A program made the translations under genes and the position numbers. This document shows positions 58,647-64,000 of a stretch of DNA of 64,000 nucleotides, in pieces. The notes under the pieces are model-generated. The model searched no databases, was not told the origin of the DNA, and saw nothing but the letters and a program-made list of their open reading frames with translations. The stretch spans positions 3,286,001-3,350,000 of the forward strand of contig JBHGNT010000012.1 of the NCBI GenBank assembly GCA_043228905.1, written 5' to 3'. Positions within the stretch are counted from its first letter, which is position 1. Each line of letters begins with the position of its first letter. The stretch comes from Azolla caroliniana (Eukaryota > Plantae > Polypodiophyta).

Positions 58647-60347
58647 ATGTCTGAAGAGATGGGTGAATCTTCTAATTCCGGTCCGACACCGGGATCCAAT
58701 ACCGGACGGATACCGGAAGAGTTAGAAGAACAGGAGGGTATGGTGTGGGAGATCAAGAAGGGGACAGAGTTCGTTGAAAGCATCGAGAAGCTCCACGATG
58801 CCTACTCCTTCATCCTTGCGCTCCTCGCCACTGTAAATCTCATCGCCTTCCTGCAACCGCCGAAAGGCTGGCGTGACAACAAGGGCGATATGCCGCCGCC
58901 ACTCAATACTGTCAGCATCATGTATAATACGGGCTCCATCGAGATCTTCGCCATTAGCAACAGTATTTCTCTCTACAGCGCTATCTCGGGCCTCCTCTTC
59001 TTCCTCGGCTGTAGCAACACCGGCTTCTGGTCCATGGCCGCGACGAAGATGCCGAGGCTCGGCAACTACAGCGATTCTCTCCGGACCGAGATCCTAGAGA
59101 CGATGCGTGCCTACATGCATCATAAGGTGTTGCCCCCCGTCTGCTGGCGCACCAATCTCCTCTCCTCATTTGTGGCAGCTTCCCTCATTCTCTCGTTGAC
59201 GGCCTTCATTGCGTCCGGCTTGGCGGCCGCATCGCCGGATGAGCGCCTGCACTATGTCATCATTCCCGCCATCCCGGGATGCGTCTCGGTCTTCGTCTTC
59301 CTTGTCATAGGCCTTCGGAAGCATCGGCGGGAGCTGAAATTTAAGGAGCGGTTCGACGATATTCGGACGCACATAATCTGCAAACCGGCGCTTAAGGAGC
59401 CAGGCCCCTTACTCACACATAGCGAGCAGATACACCCAAGGGGGGACGTCGAGAATAATAGGCACCAATCTACTACACCCGAGGAGAGATCAGACCAGGT
59501 GCAGACCATAGTGTGGGAGATCAACATGGCCAAGGGTTTCATGGCTAGCTTCGAGAAGCTCCTCGCCGCCCATGCTTTCATCCTCTCAATCTTTGCCACT
59601 GTAAGCCTCATCGCCTTCCTGCAGCCGCCCAAAGGATGGAACGAGAGGCCGGACGATACGGCATCTCATTTGAACGCCATGAGCGTGATGTACAACACGG
59701 GATCGATCGAGGCCTACGCCATAGCCAGCAGCCTGTCGCTCTACAGCGCGATCTCGGGGCTTCTCTTCTACATCTACTGCAGCCATTCTTCGGTCATGCC
59801 GCTCGAAGACGCGGAGGTGCCACCGAAGGATTCATGCCACACTCATCATGAGATCCAGGTCCTAGAAAGAACTCGCTCCTGCTTTCGCGACATGGTATTG
59901 CCCGCCATGAATCGGCGCTCCGGAATCCTGTCCTTCTTCCTGGCGGCTTCTCTGACGTTCTCAGTGATGGCCTTCATTGCGTCGGGCTATGCCGCCTCCT
60001 CTCCCGACGAGCGCCTGCACTATGTCATCATTCCCGGCATCCCGGGCTGCATTGCCGTGCTCTTCTTCCTGCTGCTGGCCGTCTGGAACCACACGCAGGA
60101 CATGAAATTTGACTGTAATTTCGATCGCTTCTGGAATGACCTGGTGAAGATGAAGCAAATCGAGGTTACCCGGCTCAACGATACGGTTCGAGATGCTCTG
60201 AACTGCAGCCTGCTGGACCGTATGTGTAGACCCCGCCCCACGGGAAAAGGTAGTAAGCAGCCTGCTGCTACTACTAAACCGGCTCAGACTCGGAACCATG
60301 AGAACGGAGACGAAATTCCACTAAATTCAGCCGTAGTAGTTTTCTAA
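58647..60347 (+). CDS. Tandem double PGG-like-domain membrane protein, paralog 5 (566 aa, ~8 TM)
   Basis: One intact ORF with two complete copies of VWEI...AFLQPPKGW...SLYSAISG...SPDERLHYVIIP. Confidence 0.85.
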   Translation: MSEEMGESSNSGPTPGSNTGRIPEELEEQEGMVWEIKKGTEFVESIEKLHDAYSFILALLATVNLIAFLQPPKGWRDNKGDMPPPLNTVSIMYNTGSIEIFAISNSISLYSAISGLLFFLGCSNTGFWSMAATKMPRLGNYSDSLRTEILETMRAYMHHKVLPPVCWRTNLLSSFVAASLILSLTAFIASGLAAASPDERLHYVIIPAIPGCVSVFVFLVIGLRKHRRELKFKERFDDIRTHIICKPALKEPGPLLTHSEQIHPRGDVENNRHQSTTPEERSDQVQTIVWEINMAKGFMASFEKLLAAHAFILSIFATVSLIAFLQPPKGWNERPDDTASHLNAMSVMYNTGSIEAYAIASSLSLYSAISGLLFYIYCSHSSVMPLEDAEVPPKDSCHTHHEIQVLERTRSCFRDMVLPAMNRRSGILSFFLAASLTFSVMAFIASGYAASSPDERLHYVIIPGIPGCIAVLFFLLLAVWNHTQDMKFDCNFDRFWNDLVKMKQIEVTRLNDTVRDALNCSLLDRMCRPRPTGKGSKQPAATTKPAQTRNHENGDEIPLNSAVVVF

Positions 60348-61493
60348 AGTTAGTTAACGACTTTTACTTATGTTGGGAGTCCTCGTCTTATTGCCAAATT
60401 TCCTATGATCTCCTCTCGAGTCTCCACTCACTCAAAAAAAACAAAAAACAAAAAAACCCCACATGTTCACGGATCAGGACAATATATATATGCCTCTCTC
60501 TTTTGCTCGAAATGCTATGTTAATATTCATGTGCCCAATCTATTGCTATGTTCATGTTTTACCCACTCTAATGCTATGCTATGCGCTCTCGACGCAAATT
60601 TTTCGCTCTCCATGGCTAATTCGTACTCGACAACCGGAAAACACGAAGAGATTTCCATTGCTCATGGTGGGGATGCTTTTGGACTTTCCCTCGGATCATG
60701 ATTTAAAAGTAGCCTTCTGTGTTTCAGAAAGTGTCTTGTATTCCCAAATGAGCTTCCTTGACGAAATTCGAGAAGTTCTTCCAACTTCCCAGCTCCCTTG
60801 CTTCCTTTTCATGCTTCTCGTTTCATTTGTGGCTAGAGTTATATATGTTGTCTCTCTCATCCTTTTATTTTGGAACCTCTTCTTTTCCATGTTTTCATAG
60901 TCTCTCCTATGATCTTGTACTATTTTCAACACGCGATCCCTTCTGGCTCTGCATCTTTAGCTTTTCCTAGCATCCTTTAGTAGGAAAATTAGATTCTAGG
61001 AAAAGCATAGTGATATGGGAATGAAATCAAAGAGTGACTTATGCATCCGAGTCATGGTTGCAAAAAAAATCCAAGAAAGTCCCTAGTTTTGACTACAAGG
61101 TGAAATTGGTCATACCCTAAGTAAAGATCTCCCATAGTAGACTAGATTTCCTTTTTTATGAACAAAGTCTCAATGAACTTATCCATGTGTTGTTTCAATG
61201 TCATGATGTTTTCGACACAAAGTGTGAAAACACCCCCGAATAGGAAATAAAATAGTAGTACAAATAAGCCGAATGTGCTACAAAGATGAACTCAGGCAAG
61301 GCACATCGATGTTATGAAGTAAATTTTTGTTCATGAGAAATACATCGCAAATACGTTTGATGCAAATATGTCTAAGAATAAAACGTGATATGAAAGATTC
61401 AAGTATCAAAGAGATGTGGAAAGCATGGCCGAGTATGATCAAAGACAGAGCATTGTATCAAAGTCTGATACTTAGACTCTCGAACTTGTTTAA

Positions 61494-62038
61494 GTAGTAA
61501 GCAGCCTGCTGCTACTAAGGCGGCTCAGAACCATGAGAACAGAGACGAAATCCCACTAAAATCAGCCGTAGTACTAATCTAAAGTTAGTTAATGACTTAC
61601 ATATGTTGGATCTCATCTTATTGCCAAACATCCTATGATCTCCACTCACTAAAACAAAAACCACAGATTAGGACAACATATATGCCTCTCTCTTCTACTC
61701 AAAATGCTATGTTAATAATCATGTGCCCAATCTAATGCTATGTTCATGTTTTACCTAGTCTAATGCTATGCGCTCGACGTAAATTTCTACTCTCCATGGC
61801 TAATGCGTACTCGACAACCAGAAAAACAAAGATTTTCCATTCCTCATGGTGGGGGTGCTTTTGGAATTTCCCTCAATCATGATTTAAAAGTAGCCTTCTG
61901 TGTTTCAAAAAGTGTCTTCTATTCCTAAATGAACTTCCTTGACGAAATTCGAGAAGTTCTTCCAACTTCCCAGCTACCTTGCTTCCTTTTCATGCTTCTA
62001 GTGTCATTTGTGGCTAGAGTTATATGTTGTATCTCTCT
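61494..62038 (+). repeat. Diverged duplicate of the gene 5 3' coding end and 3' flank (60250-60858); gene remnant
   Basis: GTAGTAAGCAGCCTGCTGCTACTA...GAACCATGAGAAC.GAGACGAAAT...TGGCTAGAGTTATAT is shared, with small indels. Confidence 0.88.
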
Positions 62039-62113
62039 TTCATTTAAGTACTCGATATAGTGGCTCCACGATGTGTGCGTATTGTGGTATCCATTGGCAA
62101 TAAAGAATGCGAA

Positions 62114-64000
62114 TGTTAACGTGCGGAAGCGTTAGACAGAACCGGCTCAGTTGGATAGCAATAGAGAATAAGATGAAGGTTTAATGGAGAAGCTTAATAC
62201 AAAGAGAGTATATGCGGGAGAGACAGAGAGAGTAGAACATAAACGTAGATTCAAAAAATGAAAATATTCTGTAACTCTGTACATACAACGTGCTAAACAA
62301 CACTATTTATACAAGTCCATAAAGGATTGACAGGTACTTCAATATTCCTACGTGCGATTGACACTAACTACGAGACAATGATTACCTAGTAGTCTAGGCT
62401 ACGGCTAGGCTTCCGGTTCCCGCTCGAATTTGTCTCTCCTATCCGTCTCCCCGATCCGGCCAGTTGTTTCCGGATACCATCTGGACCGATCCCGCTCATA
62501 CTTCCGGATGCCAATCCGGCGCGGGCTTATTTAGCCGATCTAGATCCGATTGAGCTTTCTTGCTCAACACTCCCCCTCAAGCTCAACTTGAGGTCAGATC
62601 ATGGTATTAGTGTCCGTGGTATCCGGTTCTTCTACCCAGCTCCTTTTGACATCGCTCCGCCTTGTTCGTGCTCCTCGTCCGGTCTGGTCCTGTTTGCCGC
62701 GACCCTTATGGTTCTACGCTTCTCGACCTCCTTGGTCGGCATGTGTGCTCAACAGGCCCATTTCTGCTCTCTCACTGCTACGACTCCGACGCTTGTCGAC
62801 CTGTCGGTTCCTTCGTGTTGGCGTCGACTTGCGTTGCATCTGTGTCCGCTTGGCCTTTAGTTGATCCGGCTCCTCCGAATCTAACAGTTGAAGCGAATTA
62901 GCTGTCTTCGATTCATTCCCGCTCTTGTCCGAGTCGGTTTTCTCCAACTCGTCTTCCAGTTTCAAGCCCTTCACCACATCAGACCATGTCTGGGTCTTGG
63001 CCTTCTCCTTCCGGTTGGCTTTGTCCCTCTTGACTCTGCCGCCGCTACTGATCGTTCCGACTTCCTTCGTCGATTGGGCTTCCTTTTTCCTCTTGTCTCC
63101 CCCTTTGTTGGTTCTTCCCCTTTCGGTTCCTTGTCCGGTGCCATCAACAGTTTCTTTACCTTTGCTCGTTGTTATGGCACCAGTTTCTTTGCCTTTGGCT
63201 GTTCTCCCCTTGAAGTGTGACACGTCGAGTTGGTTAACAACAAGTATTTCGGTGAAGTGCTGCAACTTATTTGATCCGAGCGGTTTGGTGAAGATGTCAA
63301 GAACCTGCCAATCCGTCTGAACATACCGAAGTTTGACTTCACCACTCAGGACCCGCTCACGCACGAAGTGATAATGCACTTCTATGTGCTTTGTTCGAGC
63401 ATGGAATACGAGGTTCGTGGCAAGCTGTATGCTGCTTATGTTGTCGCAGTCGATTAGGATCGGGGTCGGCACCTCGATCCGGAGATCTCGCAGCAGTCTT
63501 CAAAGCTAGATGGCTTCACAGGTGGCATTGGTTGCGCCCTGGTACTCAGCCTCAGTGCTCGATTGAAGGTGCTCCATGGTCGATTTCTACATGAATTGGT
63601 TGATCACACCGACCGGATAATTGATGTCGGGTCAGGTGATTGTAAAGTATATCACGCTTCCGACTATTTGTCGGAACCGTTTCTCATCGCCAACCAGTCG
63701 GGAGTTGGGACGGAGCTTCTAGGTTCGGTCCAGGGCTGTGGAGCCAGATCGACATTCCGTGATGCCGAACTTGTACAACATATTCAACTCATAGTGTCCT
63801 TGTGAGAGCAATATGCCGTCGGGGGTTCAGATCACCTCGATCCCAAGGAAATAATGAAGGTCCCCCAGATCCTTCATCTAAAATGTGTCTGATAGCCGGG
63901 CCTTGACACGACCGATTTCATTGAGTCCCGGTCCGGTGATGACTAAATCATCTACATAAAGTAAGATGCAAACCGGACCATCCAGACTTTGCTAGATGAA
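62114..64000 (-). mobile_element. Ty1/copia 3' part (RT and RNase H fragments, PPT, 3' LTR 62114-62569), truncated by window edge
   Basis: CDNISSIQLA.N.VFHARTKHIEVHYHFVRE and DIFTKPL; LYVDDL near the window end; rc PPT CTCCCCCTCAA at 62570; TG...CA LTR similar to 894-1353. Confidence 0.9.

Noticed and set aside
894-62569. One giant element bounded by the related LTRs at 894-1353 and 62114-62569
   Set aside because: PBS and PPT positions show both internal regions point out of the window, and the LTRs are clearly diverged. They are independent insertions of one family.
62714-63200. Lys/Arg-rich extension after RNase H as a separate novel gene
   Set aside because: It is in frame with the copia RNase H, low in complexity and inside the element before the PPT, so it was treated as part of the retrotransposon.

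Overview
This is eukaryotic, land-plant-type nuclear DNA: AT-rich intergenic sequence, microsatellites, copia and gypsy LTR elements, and CG/CHG C>T decay in the transposable elements (TEs). A non-seed plant such as a fern is my inference only. The window has two layers. (1) A co-oriented tandem cluster of five intronless genes encodes ankyrin-less, PGG-domain-like 4-transmembrane (TM) proteins with a PPKGW variant motif. One gene is a two-domain fusion, and all five promoters carry a TGAC-NNN-GTCA inverted W-box-type element. (2) A ~38-kb nest of TEs separates gene 1 from genes 2-5. It holds an intact, very young Ty1/copia element (4934-10634), degenerate copias, a full-length Ty3/gypsy element (31765-41141) with a nested solo LTR, and a 9.0-kb DNA transposon (19758-28787). 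The DNA transposon is the most striking feature. It has ~36-bp terminal inverted repeats (TIRs), a TTAG target-site duplication (TSD) and a Sola-like (DUF7869-type) transposase. Divergently from the transposase it carries a spliced cargo gene encoding a ParB/Srx-like domain fused to a beta-class N6-adenine/N4-cytosine DNA methyltransferase (MTase). The first intron of that gene contains five palindromes at exact 51-bp spacing. This copy is pseudogenized. All calls come from reading the sequence and the ORF track by eye; no database searches were run.
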